Shown in pieces: positions 9,844 through 18,885 of a DNA stretch of 64,000 nt; position 1 is the stretch's first letter; each line of letters starts with the position of its first letter. The position numbers and the translations under genes are program-made. Under the pieces are notes generated by a model that was not told where the DNA came from, ran no database searches, and saw nothing but the letters and a program-made list of their open reading frames with translations. The stretch is from an uncultured Flavobacteriales bacterium (lineage in GTDB: Bacteria; Bacteroidota; Bacteroidia; CAIKAF01): positions 1,946-65,945 of the forward strand of contig CAILUT010000011.1 of assembly GCA_903837495.1 (NCBI GenBank), written 5' to 3'.

Positions 9844-9907
9844 TGCCCATGCCCCCTTTCCTTCCATATTTGCTGAATCCCATTCTCTTTTTAAATACAT
9901 TAGAGGC

Positions 9908-10609
9908 ATGAAAAACGAACGTTATTCCGTCATTGGCCTAGGGCTGTTCGGAACCTCCATTGCTCGCGAACTAAGCCGTCGGGGGGCCGAAGTATTGGCC
10001 ATCGACAACAATGAACACCAGGTAGAGGGTGTAAGTGGCGATGTAGCCTTTGGTGTTACCATGGACGCCACCGACCTCAAAGCGCTCAAAGCCCAAAACA
10101 TCCATGAAATGGATGCGGTAATTGTCGCCATTGGAGAAGGTAAATTTGATACCATGCTGCTTTGCGTGGTTTTATTGCTCGAACTAAAAGTAAAACGCAT
10201 CATCGCTCGGGCCGAAGGGCAACGGCAACGCATGATTCTAGAAAAAATTGGCTGCACAGAAATTCTATCGCCCGAAGATGAAGTCGCCATTTTGGTGGCC
10301 GAACGCCTTATTAACCCCAACATCATTTATTACATGCCCCTGCCCGACAATTACGAAATTGTCGAAATTAAAACTCCCCCCGCCGTGGCCAACCGTTCTT
10401 TGGCCGACATCAATCTAAGAAACCGATATCAAATTGATTTGATAACCATCAAGCGCGAATTCAGCCACCTGAACAAAGAAGGAAACACCGTTGCTGAAAA
10501 ACATATCCTTGGAGTCGTTAGCCATGACACCGTTGTTCTTGCCACCGATACCCTATTGGTTTTTGGAATAGACCAAGACATTCAACGCTTTATCGAAATC
10601 AATCAATAA
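9908..10609 (+). CDS. trkA: potassium uptake regulatory subunit TrkA/KtrA (RCK N- and C-domains)
   Basis: The annotated ORF starts at 9746, but the likely real start is MKNERYSVIGLGLFGTSIAREL at 9908 (Rossmann GxGxxG). A C-terminal TrkA-C domain is present. Confidence 0.8.
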   Translation: MKNERYSVIGLGLFGTSIARELSRRGAEVLAIDNNEHQVEGVSGDVAFGVTMDATDLKALKAQNIHEMDAVIVAIGEGKFDTMLLCVVLLLELKVKRIIARAEGQRQRMILEKIGCTEILSPEDEVAILVAERLINPNIIYYMPLPDNYEIVEIKTPPAVANRSLADINLRNRYQIDLITIKREFSHLNKEGNTVAEKHILGVVSHDTVVLATDTLLVFGIDQDIQRFIEINQ

Positions 10610-10712
10610 AACGGCCTTTTTTGTGAACGCAGGTGGTTGAATTTTAATTAAAAACTTGTCTTCCACTTAGCGCCCTTCAATAGTTTTGCTAATTTCACAG
10701 CAAAATGACCCC

Positions 10713-12806
10713 ATGCGCCGAATACACCTTGCGTTTGCATTCTTAACCTTCTTTTTATTGGTTTCTCAGGCTCAATCTCAAAACCCTTGCCTAACCAGCG
10801 AGATGGTTCAAAAAGCCTTTCAAAACAACCCACATTTGCAAGTAGAGTTCGAGGCCTTTAACCAATGGGTTGCCGAACATGAATCTGAATTCACCCCAGG
10901 TGCCGAAGCCAATTACGTCATTCCGGTTGTGGTGCACGTAATTCACGACAACGGCATGGAATACATCTCCGACGCCCAAATTGCCGATGCCATTCGCATT
11001 CTAAACGAAGATTTCAATAAACTCAACGGCGATGCCAATCAAGTTTTGCCTTCGTTTCTTAGCCGAGTAGGCAACACTGGATTTGAATTTCGACTGGCAA
11101 AAAAAGACCCCGATGGCAATTGCAGCAACGGAATTACCCGTACTCAATCGTATTTAACCTACAACGCCGACGACAAAGCCAAAAGTCTTTCCTTTTGGCC
11201 TAGAAACAAATACTACAACATTTGGGTAGTCAACAGCATTGAAAGCAGCGGTGGAGGAATTATTGGAGGCTACGCCTACCTTCCGGGTACGGCTCCCAGT
11301 GCAGCTACCGACGGAATCATTTTAGACAACCGCTACACCGGAAGCATCGGGACTTCCAGCGGTGCCAACTTTAATTCCAGGGTTATTACCCACGAAACCG
11401 GCCACTTTTTTGGATTGTTGCACCCCTGGGGATTCAATGCTTGTGGTTCTGGCTGCGGAGACGACTTGGTATCGGACGTGCCGGCCACCAGTGGATCGTG
11501 CAACAATTGCAATTTGGCTCAAACCACCTGCGGATCGCTTGACAACGTTGAGAACTTTATGGATTATGCCATGTGCTCAAAAATGTTCACCGCCGGACAA
11601 GCCTCACGCATGAATACCGGCATCAATGCCAGCTCGGGACAGCGAAATTCGCTGTGGCAAAGCGCAAACCTAATTGCCACCGGCACCCAAACCGGGTTTA
11701 GCCAAAATTGCGCTCCCGTTGCCGATTTTCATGCCGACAAAACCACTGCCTGCACCGGCTCGGCCCTTTTGTTTACCGACCGCACGACAAACGCCACTCC
11801 AACCTCTTGGTCGTGGACCATAAGCAACGGATCCCAAACCTTGACCTCGACCGACCAAAACCCGTACATAACGTTTTCAGCTCCTGGCGATTACAACGTT
11901 ACCTTAACCGTAGCCTCGGCGGGCGGAACCAATTCAACAACCCGGCAAAAAGTGATTCGTATTTTCGATGCCAGTGCGGACGATCAAAACTGGATTTATT
12001 ACGACACCTTCAACAACAACCCGCTGAGTTTTGGACGCTGGACGGCCACCTCAACCCCCGATTCGCCCTTTGGATGGGAAACCTCCGCTCAAGTATTTTA
12101 CACTTGGCCCAACTCCCTAAAGATCAACAACAACGGAAGCCCCTTGGGAAAAAGGTACACCCTGATTAGCCCCTCCTACGATTTTTCGGCCATGAACGGG
12201 AATTTACGCATGAGTTACCGCTACGCTTTTGCAAAACGGGCCACCGGCAGCGAAGATCGTTTGCTGATTTCCATCAGCAGCAATTGCGGTCAAACCTGGA
12301 CCCTTAGAAAAACCATGACGGTGAACGACCTGGCCTCAAGCGGCATAAGCACGGCCGATTTTATTCCGGCGTCCAAAGCCGATTGGCGCAGCGACTCCCT
12401 TACCGGAACCATGCTTCAACCCTGGGCCAGCCGCACCAACGTGCGGATAAAGTTTGAGTTTATTTCAGGCGGGGGCAACCATTTTTATTTGGACGACATC
12501 AACATCTCGGGCCCTTTAAGCATTGAAAACGAATGGGATTCAAATACCCCCTTTAACCTATTCCCAAACCCCGCTCAGCATAACGTTACGCTAAGGTTCG
12601 CCCTTGAACAGCCCAGCCATTGTTCTTTTGCCCTGTACGACGTCAGCGGACGCCAGCTTTACAGCTGGACCGAATTTGCTGGAACCCAGCCTGCTGGAGC
12701 CCAAACCCGCGAACTTCAAATTCCAGAATACATTCAGGCTGGAACCTACCTGATTGGTCTGAATTTGAACGGTCAACAACACCTACAACGTTTAATCCTA
12801 AACTAA
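10713..12806 (+). CDS. secreted zinc metalloprotease, M43 (pappalysin/cytophagalysin-like) family with PKD-like domain and T9SS C-terminal sorting domain
   Basis: Signal peptide MRRIHLAFAFLTFFLLVSQAQS. Metzincin motif HETGHFFGLLHPWG (HExxHxxGxxH). A Cys-rich region follows. The C-terminal ~80 aa (FPNPAQHNVTLRF…YLIGLNLNGQQHLQRLILN) resembles the Por/T9SS CTD. It is a paralog of the 35180-37444 gene. Confidence 0.8.
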   Translation: MRRIHLAFAFLTFFLLVSQAQSQNPCLTSEMVQKAFQNNPHLQVEFEAFNQWVAEHESEFTPGAEANYVIPVVVHVIHDNGMEYISDAQIADAIRILNEDFNKLNGDANQVLPSFLSRVGNTGFEFRLAKKDPDGNCSNGITRTQSYLTYNADDKAKSLSFWPRNKYYNIWVVNSIESSGGGIIGGYAYLPGTAPSAATDGIILDNRYTGSIGTSSGANFNSRVITHETGHFFGLLHPWGFNACGSGCGDDLVSDVPATSGSCNNCNLAQTTCGSLDNVENFMDYAMCSKMFTAGQASRMNTGINASSGQRNSLWQSANLIATGTQTGFSQNCAPVADFHADKTTACTGSALLFTDRTTNATPTSWSWTISNGSQTLTSTDQNPYITFSAPGDYNVTLTVASAGGTNSTTRQKVIRIFDASADDQNWIYYDTFNNNPLSFGRWTATSTPDSPFGWETSAQVFYTWPNSLKINNNGSPLGKRYTLISPSYDFSAMNGNLRMSYRYAFAKRATGSEDRLLISISSNCGQTWTLRKTMTVNDLASSGISTADFIPASKADWRSDSLTGTMLQPWASRTNVRIKFEFISGGGNHFYLDDINISGPLSIENEWDSNTPFNLFPNPAQHNVTLRFALEQPSHCSFALYDVSGRQLYSWTEFAGTQPAGAQTRELQIPEYIQAGTYLIGLNLNGQQHLQRLILN

Positions 12807-13219
12807 TGGCCCTTGGAAAAATTGAACACCTCGGCATCGCAGTTAAAGACCTGCAGGCCTCGGAACACCTTTTTCAAGACCTCTTAGGCCTGCCTCCGTA
12901 CAAGCGAGAAAAAGTCGATTCCGAAGGGGTTGAAACCTCGTTTTTTATGGCCGGGAACAACAAAATTGAATTGCTTTCTGCCAGCAGCCCCGACAGCCCA
13001 ATTCAAAAATTTCTTGACAAAAACGGCGAGGGAATACACCACGTGGCTTTTCATGTTGAGGACCTTTTTCAAGAAATTGAACGGCTAAGTGCCGCTGGAT
13101 TTACAGTCCTTAACAACCCCCCAAAACAAGGAGCCGACGGCAAACTCATCGCTTTTTTGCACCCCAAAGGAACCGGGGGCGTCTTGATTGAACTCTGCCA
13201 AGATTTGCCCAATTTATGA
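12806..13219 (+). CDS. methylmalonyl-CoA epimerase (VOC/glyoxalase-fold)
   Basis: 137 aa from the ATG overlapping the protease stop (TAATG). MALGKIEHLGIAVKDL…GIHHVAFHVEDL…LHPKGTGGVLIELCQ matches the epimerase/VOC metal-binding pattern (H..E..H..E). Confidence 0.75.
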   Translation: MALGKIEHLGIAVKDLQASEHLFQDLLGLPPYKREKVDSEGVETSFFMAGNNKIELLSASSPDSPIQKFLDKNGEGIHHVAFHVEDLFQEIERLSAAGFTVLNNPPKQGADGKLIAFLHPKGTGGVLIELCQDLPNL

Positions 13220-13854
13220 GTCCAAAAAACCTGATTTTTGACCTGGGCGGGGTGTTGTTCGACATCAACTACCAAGAACCTGGAAAACGATTCCAAGCTC
13301 TGGGCATGCAAGGGTTAAAAGATTTGTTTTTTAATCCCGATGCCAACAATCCTTTTCATGCCTACGAGCGGGGCCACATCAGCTCCGAAGAGTTTGCAGG
13401 GCATTTGCTTCGATTTGCCCCCCATCATGTTCAAATGGCAGACATTCAAGAAGCTTGGAATTCCATTTTAACCGAATTGCCCCTGCACCGCATCCAAATG
13501 CTGAGGCAGTTAAAACAAAAACACCGGCTTTTTCTTTTTTCAAACATCAACGATTGGCATTTGCAGGCGTATCGACAGCAATTGCCTGTTCCCTACACCG
13601 AATTTGAATCGCATTTTGAAGCCGTGTATTACAGCTGCGAAATAGGCCACCGCAAACCAGACCCTCAAGGCTTCCTACACATTCTGCAACAACAACAGCT
13701 AGAACCCGAAGAAACGGTATTTATTGATGATTTGATAGAAAACGCGCAGGGTGCAAGTCAGGTCGGAATTCAGGGCTGGCATTTAGATTTGAGCTCGGGC
13801 GCCTGTATAGAATCTTTGCTGCGCGAAAAAGGCCTGCTGGATTCATTCCCCTAA
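13216..13854 (+). CDS. HAD-superfamily hydrolase (subfamily IA)
   Basis: 212 aa. Motif I DLGGVL (DxG/DxD-type nucleophile loop: LIFDLGGVLFD). C-terminal FIDDLIENAQGA is motif IV-like. Confidence 0.7.
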   Translation: MSPKNLIFDLGGVLFDINYQEPGKRFQALGMQGLKDLFFNPDANNPFHAYERGHISSEEFAGHLLRFAPHHVQMADIQEAWNSILTELPLHRIQMLRQLKQKHRLFLFSNINDWHLQAYRQQLPVPYTEFESHFEAVYYSCEIGHRKPDPQGFLHILQQQQLEPEETVFIDDLIENAQGASQVGIQGWHLDLSSGACIESLLREKGLLDSFP

Positions 13855-13865
13855 AAAAAAATTGA

Positions 13866-14666
13866 ATGGTAGATTCCCATTCCAGTTCGGCTGCGCGCAA
13901 GGGCGCACGCAGCATGGCCGAAATTCCAGCGCACACCTTACAGGCACTAGAAAATGGAAGCCTACCCACCGCAAATTTGGTGGAATCGCTGGCTGTTAAC
14001 CAGGCAAAACTGGCCATACATTTGCTAAATCGGTTGAATTTTAACCCTGATTTTGAGCGGCAGCAGGCCCTGCTTCAAGCTCAAAATTTGGGATTTCTAC
14101 AGCGCTGCAAAACCATTGCTGGCCTAATACAACAGCAAGTACAACTTGAGGTTCCGCTCGAACTTCAGAACCATCCTTCAGACATTGTGCGCTGCTGGGC
14201 ACTGTTTTGGACTCCCAAAAATCCAAATTCCATTCCGGCTGAACTGCAGCGCCTAAGGCCGTTTGCCGACGACACGCATTTCGCTGTGCGCGAAATGGCC
14301 TGGCTCGCAATGCGCCCGCTTGCCGTCGAAAAAACAGCAGAACTTATCGATGCGCTGCGGCCTTGGACTCTGGAACCGAGCGAAAACCTTCGGCGCTTTG
14401 CTGCTGAAGCGACACGCCCGCGGGGGGTGTGGGCCGCCCACATTCCCAGCTTAAAGGCCCAGCCCGAGTTGGCCCAAGCCCTGCTGGACAATCTGTGCAA
14501 AGACCCTGCACAGTATGTACAAAACAGCGTCGGAAATTGGCTGAACGATGCCGGAAAAACGCGGCCCGACTTTGTATTTGCCTGCCGCGACCGCTGGATG
14601 CAAAGCCCCAATCCTGCGACCGAGTATATTATAAAGCGAGGCCTTCGAAGTTTAGTCAAGTGTTGA
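13866..14666 (+). CDS. DNA alkylation repair protein (AlkD/AlkC-like HEAT-repeat family)
   Basis: 266 aa, all alpha-helical. Conserved segments (THFAVREMAWLAMRP…, …NSVGNWLNDAG…) recall the pfam DNA_alkylation family. The start may be the internal Met at 13914. Confidence 0.55.
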   Translation: MVDSHSSSAARKGARSMAEIPAHTLQALENGSLPTANLVESLAVNQAKLAIHLLNRLNFNPDFERQQALLQAQNLGFLQRCKTIAGLIQQQVQLEVPLELQNHPSDIVRCWALFWTPKNPNSIPAELQRLRPFADDTHFAVREMAWLAMRPLAVEKTAELIDALRPWTLEPSENLRRFAAEATRPRGVWAAHIPSLKAQPELAQALLDNLCKDPAQYVQNSVGNWLNDAGKTRPDFVFACRDRWMQSPNPATEYIIKRGLRSLVKC

Positions 14667-14674
14667 TTTATGTT

Positions 14675-14823
14675 TTTTAGGGCGGCAGCGGGCTTTCGCC
14701 GGTTGTCCGCGGTTGCCGGGGGCTGGCCCAGCGGGCTTGCGGTGGCTCCTAAAGTCGCCTCCGCGCCACGCGGGCCAGTCCCCCGCCACCCTTGCGGGCA
14801 ACCCAGCTCAATCCCTGTCGCAG
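14675..14823 (-). repeat. GC-rich intergenic repeat element, copy A (reverse orientation)
   Basis: Its reverse complement aligns along ~150 bp with the copies at 24817 and 56465. Shared blocks are GGGATTGAG…GCCCGC, GCGGAGGCGACTTTAGGAGCC and GAAAGCCCG…CCGCCC followed by an A-run. Local GC is about 65% against about 50% for the window. Confidence 0.8.
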
Positions 14824-14890
14824 GCCACCTGCATAAAAATCCAGTTCCAATTTCTACTTACCTTTAAGGGCCTTTCCTAGCCCTTACCGC

Positions 14891-15541
14891 ATGCGCTTAC
14901 ATTCTCAAAAAAAATGGCTTGTTCTTTTGCTGTTCATTTGCATTGTGGGTATTTCGGGAATCTACCTTTGGGATTTCTCGGAACAGCCAGCCGAAAACAA
15001 ATCCAACCCCCATTTAAGCAAAGAACAGATAAAAACCTTGCGCCCCGGCGACATTCTGCTGCGTGAAGGGTATGGATTGGTAAGCACAACCATTGCCGAT
15101 CGTTTAAAAGGCAAATACCGGTTTTCGCATTGCGGAGTTTTGGTTGACACCGATTCGGGCTTTCAGGTAATCCATACGGTTTCTAGCTCCTTGTCGAACA
15201 TTGACGGAATGCAGCAATGTTCCTTGGAAGAATTTGTTCGGCAAAGCAAACCCGGCAGCTTGGCAGTGAGCCGACTTAAAAACGCCAAAGACCGAGTTAT
15301 TTTGGTTGGGCAGACGCTTAGGTACTTGGAACAACGGGTGGCATTTGACCACCGATTTGATGCCCAAGACAGCAGCAGCTTGTTTTGTTCCGAATTGATT
15401 TGGAGGGGGCTGATTCGTGGCGGTGGTAGCGATATAACAAAGCCCCACAGACAAAATGCCTGGGGGCTTTACAGTTTTGATATGTTTTTAAACGAAGCGT
15501 TTTTTGAGGTGGTTTTTTTTCAAAAAACGCCGCAGAATTAA
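14891..15541 (+). CDS. membrane-anchored YiiX-like (DUF830) permuted papain-fold / NlpC-P60-superfamily protein
   Basis: 216 aa. N-terminal TM helix. Conserved Cys in FSHCGVLV and a later His (VIHTVSS), arranged as in permuted papain-like amidases. The assignment is tentative. Confidence 0.4.
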   Translation: MRLHSQKKWLVLLLFICIVGISGIYLWDFSEQPAENKSNPHLSKEQIKTLRPGDILLREGYGLVSTTIADRLKGKYRFSHCGVLVDTDSGFQVIHTVSSSLSNIDGMQQCSLEEFVRQSKPGSLAVSRLKNAKDRVILVGQTLRYLEQRVAFDHRFDAQDSSSLFCSELIWRGLIRGGGSDITKPHRQNAWGLYSFDMFLNEAFFEVVFFQKTPQN

Positions 15542-16011
15542 TAGTCCTTCATTTCTGCCGATGAATCGATGGCAGGCACTTCTTCATCCATCTCCGCTTC
15601 AAACGCATCCAGATTTTCTTCCATTTCTTCTTCTTTGTTCAAATCTTCCTTGCTCATACTAACCAGCCATTTGCCCTCTTCTTTCACCATTTTCAAGGTC
15701 TCGGGTTCCTTGTTTCCTTCCAACTGATAGGTAACCACCGCTGTATCGCCATCAATGGTTTCGCCTACCATAACAATGGTTCTTGGCTTTTTGTCTTCTT
15801 CCGTCAGCATAGAGGCAAATTCCTTGAGGCCATCGAGGAGTTCACCGGTCGATTTGCTGCCATATTGCTTGGCTTCTTCAAATTCAAAGGCATAAAAGTG
15901 GGTCAAAAACTTTTCGGCATTTTTGCTGGGTTTTTCAGCGAAAAAGCTGCAGGAAAAAAGCAGGGTACTAAGTCCCAAATAGAGAGAAAGATACAAAAAA
16001 CGGTTTTTCAT
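15538..16011 (-). CDS. acidic lipoprotein of unknown function
   Basis: 157 aa. Lipobox LLFSC. Highly acidic C-terminus. Converges on the previous gene with a 4-nt overlap. Confidence 0.5.
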   Translation of the reverse strand: MKNRFLYLSLYLGLSTLLFSCSFFAEKPSKNAEKFLTHFYAFEFEEAKQYGSKSTGELLDGLKEFASMLTEEDKKPRTIVMVGETIDGDTAVVTYQLEGNKEPETLKMVKEEGKWLVSMSKEDLNKEEEMEENLDAFEAEMDEEVPAIDSSAEMKDY

Positions 16012-16093
16012 AAAGGGCTTGATAAAATGATTTGAGTTAAAGGTAATAAATATAGGAGTGTACCAAAAAAAACGCCGGGCAATTTGGCTAAAA

Positions 16094-16384
16094 TCAAAGA
16101 ACCTGAACCTCTTCCACGGTTCCTGTGCCCAAAATCTTATTCATTTCTTCGCGAATAATTGAACGTTCCATGTGGATTTCTTGCTTTAAGGCGGCCGACT
16201 GAATGAAGATTTTTAAAACACCCTTTTTAAATTCCACCTTGCTGGTTCTGCTCGCGATAAAAGGCCCTGCATATTGCTTCCAAGCTGCAGAGGCTCGATG
16301 GGCGGTGAGCCCTTCTTGCAGACGGTACTTTTTCATCAAGGCCTCAATGGCTCCTTTTAAGGTATGTTCGTTGGTCGATTTCAC
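16094..16384 (-). CDS. DUF721 (DciA-like) protein downstream of recF
   Basis: 96 aa. Sits immediately after recF, as is usual for DUF721 proteins. This is a conserved recF-DUF721 pairing. Confidence 0.6.
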   Translation of the reverse strand: MKSTNEHTLKGAIEALMKKYRLQEGLTAHRASAAWKQYAGPFIASRTSKVEFKKGVLKIFIQSAALKQEIHMERSIIREEMNKILGTGTVEEVQVL

Positions 16385-16387
16385 GGC

Positions 16388-17470
16388 TTAAAGTTCATGA
16401 AATCGAGCGGGAATGTCAAGGATTTTCAACACTTCGGCTAGTTTTTGTTCTCCGGTATCGGTCAGTAAGACTTGATCTACCTCGCCCGAGTTGGCCCAAG
16501 CCAGCAAACGTCGAACCCGTTCTGGGTCTAATTTATCAAACACATCGTCCAACAACAAAACCGGGGCAAGCCCCAATTTATTTCGTAAAAATGCGTGTTC
16601 GGCCAACTTCAAAGCCACCAAATAGGTTTTTTGTTGGCCTTGCGAACCGAACTTTTTCAGGTTATGGCCTTTCAGCTCAAAGCCCAAATCATCGCGGTGG
16701 GGACCTAAGGTCGTAAATTGGGCTTGAAGGTCTTTATTGCGGCTAGCCCGCCATTGTTCCTCAAACACATCGGGAAGGGCACAGGCTTCATACCTTAATT
16801 TAGGCTGCTCCCCGTATTGGGCCAATTGCTCATAATACCGTTGAAAAACAGGCATAAAAAGCGCTATGAATTCAATTCTGCCATTCAATATGCGCATTGC
16901 CAAAGGAACAATTTGCTCGTCCATAACTTGCAAATAGGCCAAATCAGGCCGCTCTGTTTTCAAAAACGCATTGCGCTGCAAAATAGCCCGGTTGTATCGA
17001 ATCAACGAATCCAAATACAGGGAATCGTATTGAGAAATCAAGGCATCTAAAAACCGGCGCCGGCCCTCGCTTCCCCCTGTTACCAAGGCTCCGTCTTGGG
17101 GAGCAATCACCACGGTGGGGAACCTGCCCATGTGTTCTGAAAGCCGAGGACTGGTTTTTTGATTCCATTTTAGCACTTTCCCTTTTTGCTTGCTAAAACT
17201 CAAGTAAACCTGCTTTGCGGTTTCAGCTTCCTGCAGCTCGGCTTCCAGCATAAAAAAGGCCGAAGGGTCCTCGGCCAAATCCCAAGGATAGCTGGTTTGG
17301 TCAGAAGATTGCAAAAAGCTTTTTGTCATTGACAGGTAATGCACCGCGTCCAGCACATTGGTTTTTCCGCATCCATTGGGGCCAATTAGGGCGTTCACAC
17401 CCGGACCAAACTGAAGTTTCAGTTCGGGGTGGTTCCGAAATTGAACCAAGTGCAGGGAATTCAAATACAT
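16388..17470 (-). CDS. recF: DNA replication and repair protein RecF
   Basis: Walker A GPNGCGKTN. A signature/Walker B region (…VLLLDDV…). Start chosen at MYLNSLHLVQFRNH (17470), not the upstream in-frame Met at 17557. Confidence 0.9.
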   Translation of the reverse strand: MYLNSLHLVQFRNHPELKLQFGPGVNALIGPNGCGKTNVLDAVHYLSMTKSFLQSSDQTSYPWDLAEDPSAFFMLEAELQEAETAKQVYLSFSKQKGKVLKWNQKTSPRLSEHMGRFPTVVIAPQDGALVTGGSEGRRRFLDALISQYDSLYLDSLIRYNRAILQRNAFLKTERPDLAYLQVMDEQIVPLAMRILNGRIEFIALFMPVFQRYYEQLAQYGEQPKLRYEACALPDVFEEQWRASRNKDLQAQFTTLGPHRDDLGFELKGHNLKKFGSQGQQKTYLVALKLAEHAFLRNKLGLAPVLLLDDVFDKLDPERVRRLLAWANSGEVDQVLLTDTGEQKLAEVLKILDIPARFHEL

Positions 17471-17575
17471 GGTACGAAGGTAGAAATATGCAGGCAAATG
17501 CAGGGGCCTATTTCCGTAGGCTGCACCCAAGTAAAGAAACAGACAAAAGCCACCCACCTTCGCTGTAGGGAATGC

Positions 17576-17583
17576 TACCTTTG
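17576..17583 (+). promoter_or_regulatory. Bacteroidota -7 box TAccTTTG, 19 nt upstream of the cytochrome ORF start
   Basis: Exact TAnnTTTG match just upstream of the ATG at 17603. Confidence 0.3.
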
Positions 17584-17602
17584 AGCATCAATCTAAACTC
17601 CG

Positions 17603-18479
17603 ATGCATATTCCTAGCCTTGTTTTAATTGGCTTTTTGTTTTTAAGTGCCTGTGAACCAAAAACCACACAGAAAACAGAGCCACCGAGTCAAACAGCAGC
17701 GTTTATTTCAACCAATTGCGGCAGCTGCCATGGGATTTGGATTAACAGAACAGGCATCGGCTCCGAATTTAATTCAGGTGAAGAAAAGCTGGATACAAGC
17801 CTATCCAGAAAAGCAAGAGTTCATCGATCAAATGGCCTCGTTCCTATTGCAACCCGAGGTCCAAAAAAGCCGAATGCAAGGAGCGGTAAAAACCTATGGA
17901 CTTATGCCTAAAATGGGCTATACTTTAAATCAGGCAAAAGAAATAGCGGCTTGGTTGTACAACCACGAACCGGTCGATTCGAATGCAGCCACCCCAAGCC
18001 CAGATGAGAATCCCCTAGAAAAGGGACGCAGCATTGCCCTTGCAGCCAAAGCGGCCTTGGGCAAACAACTCATGAGCAGATTAAAAGAAGGAGGTCCGGT
18101 GGCCGCCATAGACTTTTGCCAACTGAATGCCCTACCTATTACCGACAGCGTGTCAAAAACCAAAGGAGCGGAGGTAAGAAGAATTACAGACAAAGCTAGG
18201 AACCCGAAAAATGCGTGCAGTGCGGAGGAATTCACCTTGCTTCAGAGCTGGAAAACGGATTTGGCCTTGGGGAAACAACCCGAAGCCGTATTGGTAGATG
18301 GGAGCGGGCATATTCTGGGTTATTACCCCATATTTACGGAAGAAAAATGCTTGGCTTGCCATGGAAAGCCGAGTCTGGAGCTAAAGCAAATTTTGCAAAA
18401 ACGCTATCCGACGGATTTGGCGTTGGGTTACGATGTGGGGCAAATTCGAGGGGCATTCCGGGTGCGAATGCCCAAATAA
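17603..18479 (+). pseudogene. diheme c-type cytochrome lipoprotein disrupted by an apparent +1 frameshift (or a sequencing indel)
   Basis: The frame starting at 17603 encodes a lipoprotein signal (MHIPSLVLIGFLFLSAC) and a first heme motif NCGSCHG, then degenerates. The frame starting at 17646 carries the rest of a cytochrome c fold (…GLMPKMGYTLNQAKEIAAWLYNH…) and a second heme motif EEKCLACHGK, and runs to the stop at 18479. Neither frame alone gives a sensible protein. The junction is near 17725-17745. Confidence 0.55.
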
Positions 18480-18510
18480 AAAAGGGATGATTTGTCCATT
18501 GATTTGGCCT

Positions 18511-18660
18511 GCGGCAGGGATTGACAGGGCTAGCGCGCAAAGGCTAGGGCCAAAACCAGCCTGAGGCGGAAGGGGCGACCTTGGGAGCCCCCTTGCGCCC
18601 AGTGCAGGTTTGGCCTTAGCCTGCGTACTAGCCCAGAAAGCCCGGCTGCCGCCCAAAGCC
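18511..18660 (+). repeat. GC-rich intergenic repeat element, copy B (more diverged)
   Basis: GCGGCAGGGATTGACAGGGCTAGCGCGC … GGGGCGACCTTGGGAGCCC … CAGAAAGCCCGGCTGCCGCCCAAAGCC. Same block order as the other copies. Confidence 0.7.
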
Positions 18661-18851
18661 ACAGTACAATGAAGACCAAATTCCATTAAAAAACCCGTAA
18701 ACTTTTCGTTGCTTAAACTCCAGAATGCACCCTGAATTAGGGCAGCATCATATCTTTTTTTCTTTTTTAATTTGATTATTAGGCCGTTGTGAATTGGGGT
18801 TTGAGCAGAAAAAAAAACAACCCGTTCGTTTTTAATAAACAATAACAATTC

Positions 18852-18859
18852 TATATTTG
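18852..18859 (+). promoter_or_regulatory. Bacteroidota -7 box TAtaTTTG upstream of the PKD-repeat gene
   Basis: ctaTAtaTTTGtac lies 27 nt upstream of the ATG at 18886. The upstream region is AT-rich. Confidence 0.35.
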
Positions 18860-18885
18860 TACAAAGCGAATTAAACCCTTTCAAA

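Noticed and set aside
9922-10326. 134-aa ORF antisense to trkA; 160-aa ORF 53633-54115 antisense to rarA; 189-aa Arg/Cys-rich ORF 35718-36287 inside the second M43 gene; 153-aa ORF 61999-62460 antisense to the 398-aa gene
   Set aside because: They lie entirely within strongly supported genes. Their composition (Arg/Ser/Cys-rich) is typical of antisense or off-frame noise.
14429-14867. ORFs 14429-14680, 14670-14867, 24791-25051 and 56476-56676, which read through the GC-rich repeat copies
   Set aside because: The same element appears in both orientations, so any ORF is orientation-dependent and non-conserved. High GC simply depletes stop codons.
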